Shown piece after piece: positions 39,001 to 52,104 of a DNA stretch of 64,000 nt (the first letter of the stretch is position 1; every line of letters starts with the position of its first letter). Both the position numbers and the translations under genes were made by a program. This DNA is from Vermamoeba vermiformis (Eukaryota): contig JBEWZL010000044.1 of the NCBI GenBank assembly GCA_045837725.1, positions 62,001 to 126,000 of the forward strand. Direction: 5' to 3'. The notes beneath the pieces were generated by a model that worked only from the letters and a program-made list of their open reading frames with translations, made no database searches and had not been told where the DNA came from.

Positions 39001-39971
39001 TTAAGCAGTGGGGGTGGGAACTACGCAAGTGTTAGCGGCGTTACGGACACATCCGCCAGGGCAAGGGTTGGTGGCGTTGAATTGCCAGCCAAAGTATTGA
39101 TCGTAGTAAGCAGTGTCGGAGAAGCTGATCAAAGTGGTAGCAGGAAGGACGTTACCATCAACAGACTTCTTGTCGATTTCCAAAGAAGAGACCATGATCT
39201 GAGTGAATCCCAACTCGGTCAAACGAGTGATGCTAGTGGCATAGATGTTTTCACCGAGACCAGCCCAGCGAGTAGCAGACATGCACATGGGGCAAGATTC
39301 ACCAGTAGTGTACAAAGAGAGTTCAGACCAGACAGCCTTGTTGCGGCCAGCACCAGGACCAACGGTGTTTTGGAACAAAGCAGCGCATCTAAATAAAATA
39401 ATATTAGTATTTGAATCATGAATTCGCTTTTCCCTAAAGTTTAAAATCAAGCTCAACAAATTTTGTGAGTTTGGATCGAGTGTCATATGTTTTTCCGTCT
39501 TAAGAGTCTTTGCAATGATTTAGCACAAAATCTTTTTTGAAACAACACACAAAGCAGTAAATAATAAGAAGAAAATAAATCGCTAAATTCAACTTACTCT
39601 CTGATGAGACGGATCTCAGCGTGATCAGTAGGATCGTAAGTGCTGCGAATACCAGTGGTAGCGCAGAGAAGAGTATCAGTGGTTCTGTTGACGATAACGG
39701 CACCAAATCCGTCACGAGGGCAAGGACCTTGAGCAGTGAAGCGAGTGGACATGGCGTAGTTCATCCAGTAGATGCGACGAGCGGGAGGAACACCGTTGAT
39801 AGTTTCAACACCAGTGAAGGTGTGGAAGTAATCGGGGTTGTGGTGGTGAGGAGGACGAGGAGGACGACCGTGACCGTGGCCGTGTTCGTGATCTCCACCT
39901 TGGCCACAAGCAACGACCAAAGTGCATCCGATCAGAGCGAAAACAGCGAGAAGAGCAAGCTTGTTGTTCAT
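39001..39971 (-). CDS. Secreted cytidine/guanine deaminase-fold (CDA/TadA-like) Zn enzyme
   Basis: Signal peptide MNNKLALLAVFALIGCTLVVA; FGAVIV, DPTDHAEI and LYTTGESCPMCMSA; one intron (about 39390-39597) joins in frame. Confidence 0.88.
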
Positions 39972-41848
39972 CTTGTATGTTATTATTGTTATGAAAAGTT
40001 GATTGAAATAAACTGTCGTGCCTCTTTGCTATTTATCCTTTTTGCAATCGCGAGCCCTGATCGATATCACAGACTAATTTTTATTGTGAATGGACAGCGG
40101 AGAAACTAATTTTAGCGACGATCTATGACATTCGGGGTGTCTCGGAGATAAATGCCGAGGGTCTCTTCGCTGAATAGACAATAAGGTATTGATTATACCC
40201 GCATTGATTGCTCTTAATTTCAAAGGTATACCGAAAAAGTATATGTGACAGTTGAAGACACGCAGGAGACCTCCGAAGGTCGCAAATTCGTTTTTAAAGT
40301 TTATCAGTATTATATATCGAACACGTAGCTCTACTTTCCGAGCAAATTGTTCGAAAAAATTGATTTTCACGAGCAGAAAAAGCGGAATGGAATTCAACGC
40401 GGAAGATTGAACCGTTTCTTATTTTTTATGACATTAATAACGTCATATAGCCAAACAATAGTTACCGTAAAATTTGGTCTTTGAATCACCACTTTTGTGA
40501 ATTACAAAACGTCATAGAATAGCTGATACGTTCTACCAAATTTCTAACTCCCGACGCTGATTGACGTTGACTTTGCGCCCAAACATTTATTTTTGAGGAG
40601 CACCACAAATGAAGACGGAAAACTAGTGCTTAGGGAGGGCTTCTTTAATATTTTAATTAATTTTCGCTGGTGTGACTAAAGCGGTTGCACCCAAAATTGA
40701 TTGTCTTTCCTTAAATTCAATTTTTTTAAGCAAAATAGACAGAAAAATCGCGTTTTTGCGCTCGATCTGACTCGTGCACCTTAAATTGATTAATGAGCAA
40801 GCACCAACAACAACGCTTGATATAATATAGTGCCGCAGTGCTGAGCTGTGGCCATGTATCACGTTGTTTTTGTTTGTTTCAGCGTAACTAATCAAAACGG
40901 TGACGGGCACTTCCCAGGGTGCCTATTGGTCAGAAATTTGGCAGAAATTAAATAGTAGTGGTGATTACTGCTGTCATTTTGATTGGCAGGAGTAGCATCT
41001 TTTTACACTAACTATTGTTTGGCTATATGTTAGCATGAATAAATATTATGCCAAGACACAAAGACTTTTTGATTTGTTCGCTGGCAAGCACAAATTGTCG
41101 GGGCCGAAGCGCAGATCCCTTGTTTCGCTTGATCTGCACTTCTTACCACTGACATTTGATATATTCATACTTTAGGGAAATTTATATCGTATCAAGTGCG
41201 GAGAAAGCTTTTCGGGACCGAACGTTTAGCGTAATAAATCAATGGATCCAAATTAAACCGTGGCGCTTTTTGATCCAACCGACGTATCAATCGGGAAAAT
41301 AGGAGTTTGAAGTATAATATTATGATTTAACGAAAAGAATAAGAAATTATCAATACTACACACAATTGAGATTCTCCTTCAGCGGAGAATTGAGGGCTTT
41401 CGGAGCCCTGGAAATAGGCGCATTAAATCTTATTATTGGATGTACATGAGCATCCACAATATTATTGCAACTGAGCAAGCGGGCTGGAATCAGATAATCA
41501 TGATCCGATCAAAATCCAACGGGATTGGATAAAAAATCAATCAAATTGAAAAATCGTGTGGTAAATAATATAATTTTACTTTGATTTAATACGCCCTGGT
41601 AGGCATTAATGTAACTACTATCTACCGGTCACGTACCTTACTTCGCGCCACAATTTCAAATGACAGTTGCAACAGTCCAATGAATAATACGTAATACCAA
41701 TGATATAAAGTACTTTATGAGCTTATGCTGAGTTGTTACTTTCCGCTGGTGTTGTTGTTCTGCTGTTGCAGATTTGATTTTGTCCGCGTAATAAAATACT
41801 CAAAACCATACGTCCTTCAGTACGCTTCATAGCTTAATTAATATTAAA

Positions 41849-43156
41849 ATGGAAAAAAATAAGCCAAAGAAGAAGCGGAGCAAGCTAGACGTCGTGATAG
41901 GAGCAGGTAAGTTGTCAGTTCAATTTTCTTTATTTTTTCTATTAAAATCAATTAATTCAGTTAAACACTGGTAAATATTTAATTAATTTTTACGCTACGC
42001 AGTCTAACTTTTGCGAATATTACTAATGGACACCAGATCTAATTACATCTTTTTCTTTGTAAAGAGCGTGGTCTATCGTTTCAAAGCGATTTAATCAGCA
42101 TATTAGGTAAAGAACCAAAACGATCGTGAATCCACCCTAATTTCGATTCTCGTTAGTAACGATGAAGCTCTTCAAAAATCAGTTGAAAAGTATAAATTCT
42201 TACATAAGCCAGCATTTCCTCCAATTAACGATCGAGTAATTGCTATCGTAAGTAAAATGCTTGCTTTACTCCGCTGATCTAATCCAATCACAAAGGCGAT
42301 GAGTGGTCCAGGTGCTGCAGGTACAATAATATAATATATATTATAGTCGTGATCAAGGTTCCTTAATAAAGTTACAGGCAAGTCATCAAGTGCGATGAGA
42401 TTCACCCAGCCGAATGTCCCTATCGAAAGTAAGTCTTGCTGATGTTTCTTTACTATCCATTATCTAATTATTGACAGATTATGGTATGTGAAGACTCAGC
42501 TCGATTTAATACTGAACTGAGTTTGAACTTGCAAGATCCAACGATCGAAGATACAGATCGTGTCAAAGTAACTATCGATGGCGAAGAATACACCGTCCAG
42601 ATAATGTATTGGGGTAGTGTAGATGATGTATGTAGGCGGACCTATTCTTTTTTATTGACCTTCGCGGTATTAGGCCACAGCGGTGGAATTGTTTTACAAA
42701 ACTGGGATCCACGGCGTTTATCTCGTGTACAGCGTGGTCAGTGCCAACGCATTAGACGACGTCAAGAATTACATCGAAAAAATTCAAAAGTGGAAAGAAG
42801 CAGCTAATTTTCCGTTGCTAATAGCAGGGTAGGTCGACCGCTACGATACCCTGGTTTAAACACTAATTAATACTATTTTCTTAGAAATAAAATCGATTTG
42901 CCACAATGGCGAATAATTCGGCCAGAAGACGGACAAGCATTGGCGGACCAATACAACGCGCTATTTTTTGAAACTAGGTAAGCCCTCATATATACATAGC
43001 TTTAATATAGGTATCAATCTTACAGTCTAATGTAGTGCTAAAAATGGCACGAATGTTCACGAGGCATTCATGGCGCTCATTAAGCGGATCGTTGAAGTAC
43101 ACAAATACAAGACTAGAGTCAACAAAAAGTCAAAACGAGAGTGCAGCGTAATGTAA
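41849..43156 (+). CDS. Divergent Ras-family small GTPase with CAAX; the first exons are uncertain
   Basis: Spliced GPGAAGKS (G1), ENYDPTIED (switch I), GNKID (G4), ETSAK (G5), C-terminal KKSKRECSVM*. The G3 region reads QIMYWGSVDD. Confidence 0.82.
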
Positions 43157-43476
43157 CTCAAGTCATATTATGACATGGCGAATGAGAGCTCCGTGATGCG
43201 ATAAGCGAACATCAGCACGCGTATGGTTGGAAATTTCCTTTAATTTCTGTGCACGGGTCTACGTTTTAAATTTCAAAGTGCCTTGTAGCACTAAGTGAAA
43301 TAGGAGCTTATAGAGACGTAGATAGTTGAATTTCGATTTGTACCAAAACACAATAAATTTGAAAGATTCATGACGCGAGAGCCACTTTTAGTGTGATTCT
43401 GCAGAAGCTTTTCCGTCTTTCAAGTATTTGTATTGCCGTTAGTTTTGTTATTTGAATTGTTTCCAATAGAAAAAGA

Positions 43477-46400
43477 ATGCAGATGCGCAGCGCTGCTTTT
43501 TTATTTATTTTAACATTCTTATTCTGCGCACTACAAGTCTCAGCAGAACCTGCTTGGGCGTGGATAGAAGGAGATATTACGGTACCTAATCTTCCTTCCC
43601 TCGTTGGCTCTTCTGTTGTACAAAGCGCAAACAAGAGAGATCTGTGGTTGTTTGGCGGATTAGGTACGAGCTTGCGCGAAAAAATATTTAAAATCTACAA
43701 TTAAGACAGAACATCTCGCAGAAAAAGTTATAAATAGTATGGCCATACTTTAAACGGTAATAAAATTATTCGCTATTTCTAACTTTTTTTGCGCTAAGGG
43801 CCAAACGAGCAGGATGGCAATAATTCCACCTTATTATGGAAGCTAGATGTGAAAAATAATTATACATGGGTGCCTATCACTACTGCAGGCGAAGATCCAA
43901 CTCTTCGAACTCAATCTCTTGTGTGGGTTGACACAAACGATAATTTTTTCGTTTATGGCGGTTATTTGCAAGGCAATCCTTACCAAATAGGCTCAGACTT
44001 ATGGATATATAATATAACAGCTAATGAATGGCGATTATTAAGAAAAGAATCAGCTGTGGTGCGAGGAGATCTTGGATTTGGAAACTCGACTACAACTCCT
44101 GGCCCTAGAGCGGCCTCTTGCACTTGGTTCGAAAATGACGAGTTGTGGTTATATGGAGGAGCAGTAGCATATGTTGACACGAGAAGATCAGCAGCGGATG
44201 TTTGGAAATACTCGATCACATCTGACACCTGGACTTGGACTTCAGGACAGATAGGAGAGAATGTACGGCCGTTGAACGAGGTTGACCTTCGTGTACCATC
44301 TAGTACGGCATTTCCAGGCTCATTTAACGAAGGTGGTTGTACTAAAGATATGAACGGAAACGTGTGGTAAGATCAGATCGAAATTTTATTTTTTTGGTTT
44401 TTTATTTATACAATAATTTACAATTATTAGGTTTTATGGATCAACACCCGACACAACCGTCGAATCAAATCAAATTTGGAAATTCAATCTGGCTAGTTTG
44501 AATTGGACTTTTGTGGATGGGACTTGTATTGTGCAAAATGGAAGTTGGGTGCAAGGACGATATGGCTGGCAAAGCACTATTGGCGAGTACAATGGGCTGA
44601 ATTTCCCGCCATATTCATTTTCAATCACGCTGGTCTATTCCGGCAACAACATGATCACGCTATTTACCAGACAGTCTGCAATATGGAGCTACAACATCAC
44701 TAGTAATCAATGGGCTACTATAATACCTTCGGGTATTAGAATATACGAAGATTACAACGTCACTGCAAGTCGTTCGGAATTTCAAGTGCGATCTGCATCC
44801 AACAACCCTGGCGCAAGACTTCAATATGGATATCCGCAAACATTAGGAAGCCTTTGGATTGTACGTGGAAACGCGACTGCTGACGGAGATCTCCCTGCAG
44901 ATACCTTCGTCTACTCAATTGATATTTGTGGCTCGGATCTGGCTCCGAGTTGTAGCCCAAACTCAGCGTGCGTCGATAAGATTGGCTACGCAGAGTGCCG
45001 ATGCGATGAAGGATATGAAAGTGATGGAGTCACGTGCCAGAAGATCGTAATTCCGTCACCTGAAGATTCTTTCTGGCCCGCCAATAATGAAGGGCTTGGC
45101 TCATCTCCCCTCGCGATATCTCGCAACGCGGAGCTCGTTAAAAAAGTCATCCCCGGCGTTCTCGTGCCTGTTGCAGTACTGGCGGTGGCTATTCCGTTTG
45201 CTGTTGTTTGCCTCAAGCGTCGCAAAAGTGCTGCCAAGAAGGATGAAAAGAGCTACGAAGACCGCAGCTCTAGTGGCACTACGGTTAGTTTGATTAATTC
45301 TCAATCTCAATAGACCACATGGACTAATGGATTTGATAGTACTTGAATATGAGCGGAGTTACTATGACCAACACGACTTCGGGATCTACCAACAATTTGG
45401 ACTTGCCCGTCTCGAATTTCACTCAAAGCCAAAGTAGCTCAGAGGCAGATAAGATGAATATACCTTACTCTGAATTGAAGATTCGTCACGAGATTGGTGC
45501 GGGAGCGTACGGCAAAGTGTTCATCGGTGAATGGCAAATGACAACAGTGGCCATGAAGATTAGTGGCTACACTTCATCACAAGAGTTCTTGCACGAGGCT
45601 GCCCTATTGACGTAAGTTTTGAATGGCAAAGTTGGGTGACGTCACAGCAATGGCTAACTCGTTTTTGAAGCAATCTTCAGCCACATCCAAACGTCGTTCA
45701 AATTATTGGTGTGTCAAAGTCAACCGACGGCGTAAACACAATTATGATTATGGAGTACTGTGACGGAGGTACGCTACTCGATATTCACATCAATCACGTG
45801 TTCGCTCAACATCATTTTTTTTTTGCCTATTTAGGAAGTCTCGACAAAGTACTGTCAAAGTCTAAGGTGCCATTCGCGGCAAAACTGCATTACTTGTCGG
45901 GCATTGCTAAGGGCGTGTATCACCTGCACAAAAACAATATTATTCATCGTGACTTGGCTGCTCGCAATATTTTATTGTCTCGGGGTGAGCCCAAGATATC
46001 AGTAAGTAATACATTTTCCTATATAATAATTTTGCGAATAAAAATTAATTTTTTTATTAGGACTTTGGTTTGTCTCGTAAAGTAGAAGATCCGACGAACT
46101 CTGGCAAGACTAAATCAACTGTGGGTCCCTTACGATGGATGGTACTATATTATCGCTATTATAGCTAAAAATTAGCGAGTTAATGATTTAAAATACACAG
46201 GCGCCCGAATCTATTGCAACGACTGAATATAGCGTTAAATCGGATGCTTGGAGCTTTGGAATACTTTGCTGGGAAGTTCTCGCTGAAGAAGAGCCGTATG
46301 ATAAGTCACAAGAGGATCAATTGGATCTCGCTATTGCAATTAGGTACGAAAAGACTTGGAATTCTTTTTAAGTATTAAAAATCTAAGTTTTAATATGAAT

Positions 46401-46619
46401 TTATAGGGATCAGGGAGTGACTCCTCCTATTGATGATAAATGGAACAAAGAACTTGTAAAGCTGATGCAAGATTGTTGGAGTAAAAATCCTGAATCCAGA
46501 CCGGTACGTAGTCGTTACGACGCATCCACAAAAGCTCGTTTATTGAACTGGCCTCATTAACGTGATCGCTGCAGGATTTCAAAGATATATGCGAAAGAAT
46601 AAGCAGAATTGCAAGCTAA
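43477..46619 (+). CDS. Receptor tyrosine-type kinase 1: signal peptide, Kelch propeller, EGF, TM, kinase
   Basis: LWLFGG/FVYGG/LWLYGG kelch repeats; CSPNSACVDKIGYAECRCDEGYESDGVTC; TM followed by KRRK; IGAGAYGKV, HRDLAARN, DFG, PLRWMAPE, SDAWSFG. Confidence 0.92.
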
Positions 46620-46850
46620 GCATTGCTGTTTCTGGATGCGGCGAGCGCCGGATTTAGGTTCGACATACGATTTTGAGTACGACGGTGCATCACAATTTAT
46701 TCAAGCAATACGTGCTAAAGATCACATTAAATTGCCTCACTCGGTCTTCTACCAATCACAGCAAAGATTCTGTGATGGCAGGTATAAATAACAATCGATT
46801 TTGCAATTCAAAACCTATAACTTATTTTCATTAGACGCAACAACACTGCA

Positions 46851-48407
46851 ATGGATAAGAAAATCATTCTAGTGTGCGCTTTACTCATTTTTACTTTGTC
46901 TTTCGTGTCCTGCTTGCATCAGCCGTTCACGAAAGGAAATCTGTTGGCGCTCAAGAAAAACGGTAAGATCTGCTGTATTTTTTAGTATAGCTTTGTACTT
47001 ATTCGTATTATAGTTACTCCTATTCGTGCAAATAGTCCTTGTGCTGCAGGAGGGTTCGTCGAATTTACGCCGGATGGTCAGATCGTGCAAGAGGTGCTTC
47101 TTCCGACCAACGCGACGTAAGCTATACCTTTCACTTATAGTGGTTATTATTCTTTTGCGTGAGCTCTGAGTAAAAAGATTTCTGGACTAAAAAGGCAATT
47201 TAATTTTTAACCTTTACTCCAACCTTAAAGTTTGTTTATGTTGATAAAATCTTTGTAGCAAGGTTTACGCCTATATTAATATACTATATTAACAACAACC
47301 CTTAGGAATGAGCATCAAGCTTGCCTGCTCTTCACTGGCGATTACAATAGTCGACATACTATTACTACGGATGGGCTACGTGTGATCATCCCTTGCTGCA
47401 ATGTGAATGAAGACCCTGCTATATCTGACTCATTGGTTAGCTTTGCAATTGTGCACGGCGATGGTCGCTTCGAAACTACTCCGATCTTGAACAATACAAT
47501 TAATCAAGTGCCCACTAACTCCGTTATGGATGGCGATGATATTTGGTATAGCTTTGGAGGGTCTAGCGGAGCTATATTTTACGCGCCAGCTAATTCCACC
47601 GTCACAACTCCGATCTTCACCGGACCGATCTTCGCGCTTCAGATCCACGAGGGAAATCTCTTCGCGTCCAACTTTGAAGGCTTTCCAGGCTCGCTTGTTC
47701 AAGTCGGGATTGGTCTGCCCAAAGAACTCACGACAGATAGAGTGGATTTATTGGAACACAACGACGTCAACAGCTTTTTGTTCCTTGGCGAGCACGTGGT
47801 TTTGAGTCTCTATCCTGACGGCTTGAAGATTTACAACGTGACGTCTGGAGAGCTGGTTCTTGGCTCTGGCGGCACTCGCGAGATAGTCCAATCTGTTCCA
47901 CTGTTTGAGCACAACACAGTCATCGCGCATGTCGCGGGGTTTGGTAGCCAAACGCCTGCAATCTACTCATTCCCTTGGAACGAAACTAACAACATTGGCA
48001 CATTCGACACGGCCACGATCTTGCTGAACACTACGGCCGATGGATTCTATTACTACAGTCCTACATTCGTGCCCATCAACAGCTGTGAGGACGGCAAGAA
48101 AAACAACGACGAGACTGACGTGGACTGTGGTGGTTCATTCTGCTCGCAGAGGTGTGACGGAGGCAAACAATGCTTGACTGACAACGACTGCGTGACAAGT
48201 GGTTGCACGAACAACGTTTGTGACCTGCCTCCAACACCTCCTGTTGCCGAGCCAATTGCTGCTGAACCAAATACTCCTATTACTGACGCACCGAGTGGCG
48301 CTTCGACTAGCCCGTCAAGCAGACCTCGGGCTAATTTAACTTCGTCGGCGAGTTTGTTCGCAGCCTCCTTGGCTTCAATCGCTTTGATTTCCTTAATGTT
48401 AGTTTAG
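46851..48407 (+). CDS. Secreted beta-rich protein, paralogue A, with a Cys-rich DETDVDCGG module and a GPI-type C-terminus
   Basis: Signal peptide, PFTKGNLLALK, VEFTPDGQIVQEV; CEDGKKNNDETDVDCGG; P/S/T stalk and hydrophobic tail. Confidence 0.8.
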
Positions 48408-49043
48408 CGCTTGCCGTTTCTTACCGAGATAAATCCCAGATTCTTCTTCCTCTTTTACGCTGCATCTTTCGATTGCGTGAGCTCAAACTGCACGGGGAGA
48501 TAGTTGCAATTTGTGCCGTTGTTCGATCAAAACATGCTCATCGCTCACATCGTCAATATAGCTCCGCACTTTTCAGCACGATGGATCTACATTAGCTTTG
48601 CCTAAAATGGAAAAAAAGACTATGAAGACTGAAGCGGCAGCTGTGGACAGCGGCGGTCCTTCGTGCAATCAAGATTCGAGAAGGCGGTCTAAGACGTGCT
48701 CTAGGCCTGTCTCGTGACATTTGGGCGCACAAGTGGCGTATGTGACGTTTCCATTCCTCCGTTAAGCTTTGGACGAGTTGCAACTTTGACGTGATTCAAT
48801 GTTTTTATGTAGTCGAAGGTAAAGATGTTCATATTATAAGTGCTTCTCTGGCCTCGCTAATGTTTCAGTTAGCCATTTCTCCGGCAAATTAATTTTTATC
48901 TCGCCTGTCACGTCAATCCATCAAATCTCGTCCCTTTGTGGTCGCCTTACGGGACCGTTATTTCCTTCCGGAGAAAGATTAAAAGCAGAATTTGATTCAA
49001 TTTCAAAACAATAACAAACCCAGACACAACAACACAACTCTCC

Positions 49044-50193
49044 ATGCTCCGACAAGTTATTCTTTGCACCTTACTTTGTGTGCTTCTTTCCGTGGAGGCA
49101 ACCCGTCCTAGAGCCTTCACCAGAGGAAACCTGCTGGCCCTCAAGCAACTGAGCAGTAAGCGTATTATTATACTTGATTATGAAGATGACTAACGTTTTT
49201 TAAGGTTCGAGCAGCATGTGCGCTGACGGAACTCTCGTGGAATTCACTCCTTCCGGCTCAGTCGTGCAAGAAATTGACCTTACTACAAGCGTTCCGTAAG
49301 TTTGATAGATATATTAAGCGATTTATATCATAATTAATCTTGATTTCAAAATGAATCAATATTTGGAAATTAACGGTCATGATTCAAAATCGACTTAAAG
49401 TCATTAATCGTTTGCTTTCAGTGGTGGTTGCAAGGTCTTTACCGACGATTACTATGGCCGCCTCACTTTGGCAACTGATGGCACTCGCGCTATTCTTCCT
49501 TGTTGCCACGTCGATCCGACAAACGCTACGCAATACATGGTTAGCTTCGCCATTATTAGCGCCAATGCTAACTTTGACCGAACCTGCGTCAAGCAAAATT
49601 CCGCTGGACTTGGTCAAGTTGTCAATGCCGCTTTGAAGGCAAACGACATCTGGTACTCGAAGGACTCCCAAGTGTGGTATACTTCAATTTACGCTCCTAC
49701 ATCGACTGCCATCTTCGCGCAAGACTTCTTCCAATTGCAGATCTACAACCGAAATCTCTACGTCGGAAACTACGATCATCTTCCGTTCACAATTGCTCAA
49801 GTCGGAAGTGGTTTGCCCAAGAGATTCGTCGCTGGAAGCGGAACGGCTTATCTTGATACCAACCCTACTCTATCCGTCAATGCCTTCGAGTTCCTTGATA
49901 AATACTTGGTCGTGAACATGTACCCGAGTGGCATCAACATCTACAACTTGACCTCTCAAGCACTCGTCTACTCAGTTGCTGACACCGAAGAGATCGGTCA
50001 ATTGGTTTCGTTGTTGGATCAAGGCAAGATCATTGCTCATGTTCATAGCATTGGCACCACTCCTGCTTCGATCTACTCCTTCCCGTTCAACTACGCTACT
50101 GGCATCGGATCTTTATCCGAAGCCACCGTTCTCTTGACCTCTGCTACTTCAAAGTACTACAGCCCTATTCGTGTTCCCCAAACTCGTTATTAA
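49044..50193 (+). CDS. Secreted beta-rich protein, paralogue B (no anchor)
   Basis: MLRQVILCTLLCVLLSVEA, FTRGNLLALK, VEFTPSGSVVQEI; stops just after YYSPIRVPQTRY. Confidence 0.8.
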
Positions 50194-50520
50194 TAGGCTA
50201 TCATCGGATTTTCCTTTGATTTAGTACTTGTATTTGTAACTAAATAAAAACTTCACCCGTGGAGTTTTTCCCTGTCAGCTATGACGCGTCATAATTAAGT
50301 AATTGGTATTATGACACCCTTATTGATGACTTTTCTAGTCTTGATCGATTACTATTAAGGCAATTATCGAAGCGCTGTTTCATTTTCAATTCGTTACGGC
50401 CGTCACATGTCACCATTAGTCCCTTTGCCGTAGTGACGGGAATTCAAAAGGACAGCTCTACCAAAAAAGATTCTTTTTTCATTATTTTCGTTTCAGAGTT
50501 GCAACAAGCAAACGCAAGCC

Positions 50521-51813
50521 ATGAACGGAACAACTATTGTTATTGCTCTACTTTGCGCTCTTCTTCTGTCGACAGCGCAGGCAGCCGTCTTTTCTCCCTT
50601 CACCAAAGGAAATCTTTTGGCGCTGAAACAGGCTGCCACTAGCAACACTACGTGCGTCGACGGATACTTGGTAGAATTTACCTCTACAGGACAGATCGTG
50701 CAAGAAGTGATGCTAACCACTGATTCTGCGTAAGTATGAATATTACTGTGTCAAAATTATTCAATCAACCCAATATTTACGAGGGTATTGTTAAGCGAAA
50801 ATTTTAAAGTGGTTAAGTAATGTTACAAAACAACACGCGACAACCAGTCCACTAATCGTCTTTGAAGTAATGATTGCCAATTGTTCACTGATGACTATTA
50901 TGGCCGTCTTACCTTGGCCACTGACGGTGCTCGTGTCATTCTGCCCTGTTGCCATCCGGATCCAGCCAACGAAACTCTATACTTGGTCAGCTTTGCTGTC
51001 ATCCACAGCGATGGCACTATGGAAAGAACAGACATTATTCAAAACTCCAGCGCTAGACAGGTCGTCAATGCGGCGTTAAACGGAAGCGACATCTGGTACT
51101 CGCAAGACGGACACGTGCTGCACACTACTACTGAGGTCAGAGCTACTGCATCCACTAAAATATTCGAGCAAGATTTCTTCCAATTGCAGATCTACCAAGG
51201 AAATCTCCTCATCGGAAACTACGATCATCTTCCGCACACCATCGTTCAGGTCGGAAATGGCTTGCCTAAGGAACTTATCAGTGGCAATGGAACTGCGTAT
51301 CTTGACACTGACCCTACTCTATCCGTCAATGCCTTCGAGTTTTTGGATAAATACTTGGTATTGAACATGTACCCGAGTGGCATCAACATCTACAACTTGA
51401 CCTCTCAAGCACTCGTCTACTCAGTTGCTGACACCAACGAGATCGGTCAGTTAGTCGCGTTATTGGACCAAGGCAAGATCATCGCTCATGTTCATAGCAT
51501 GGGCAACGTACCTGCTTCGATCTACTCTTTCCCCTTCAGCTTCGCTGACGGAATCGGAACCTTGTCCGCAGCAACAATTCTTTTGACTTCTAACGCCACA
51601 GAAGAGTTCAAGTACAAGTACTATAGTCCTATTCACGTGCCTCAAGGCAGTTACGTTCCTGTTGCAGCTCCTACGACTACAACTCCGACTTCTCAACCAA
51701 CGACATCCGTTCCTGCCGCAGCACCCACCGGCAAAACACCAATTAAGGCAAGCGGCAGTGATTCCGTAGTTCCCTATCTTTCGTTGTTAGTAGTTGTTGC
51801 TGCATTACTGTAA
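50521..51813 (+). CDS. Secreted beta-rich protein, paralogue C, GPI-type C-terminus
   Basis: Signal peptide, PFTKGNLLALK, VEFTSTGQIVQEV; T/P stalk and SGSDSVVPYLSLLVVVAALL. Confidence 0.8.
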
Positions 51814-52104
51814 GCAACGAGTGCACTTGCCGTATTTAGCCGGCTCATTTCCGATCGTTCAAATAAAAATTTCGAGATAATTTGGAGTTCGTCCAGGAGC
51901 GCTTTTACTGCTTACTATAAGCCAAGGTACCGGTTAGTATAGGTCTTTAGTGTTCGAGAGTAAAGGGCGCTGGGCAATCTATGCAAATTAACAAGTGTGA
52001 ATTGAAGGAGATCTGCTTTCGAACGCATTAACGTTAATTATTGGCAGCTGCCATAAATTATTTGTTTGGAAGTATTTTTTACCTACGATTATTGTTTGAA
52101 CAAC

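Noticed and set aside
40000-41840. Long intergenic region with short ORFs
   Set aside because: No coherent exon chain, repeats or terminal structures seen.
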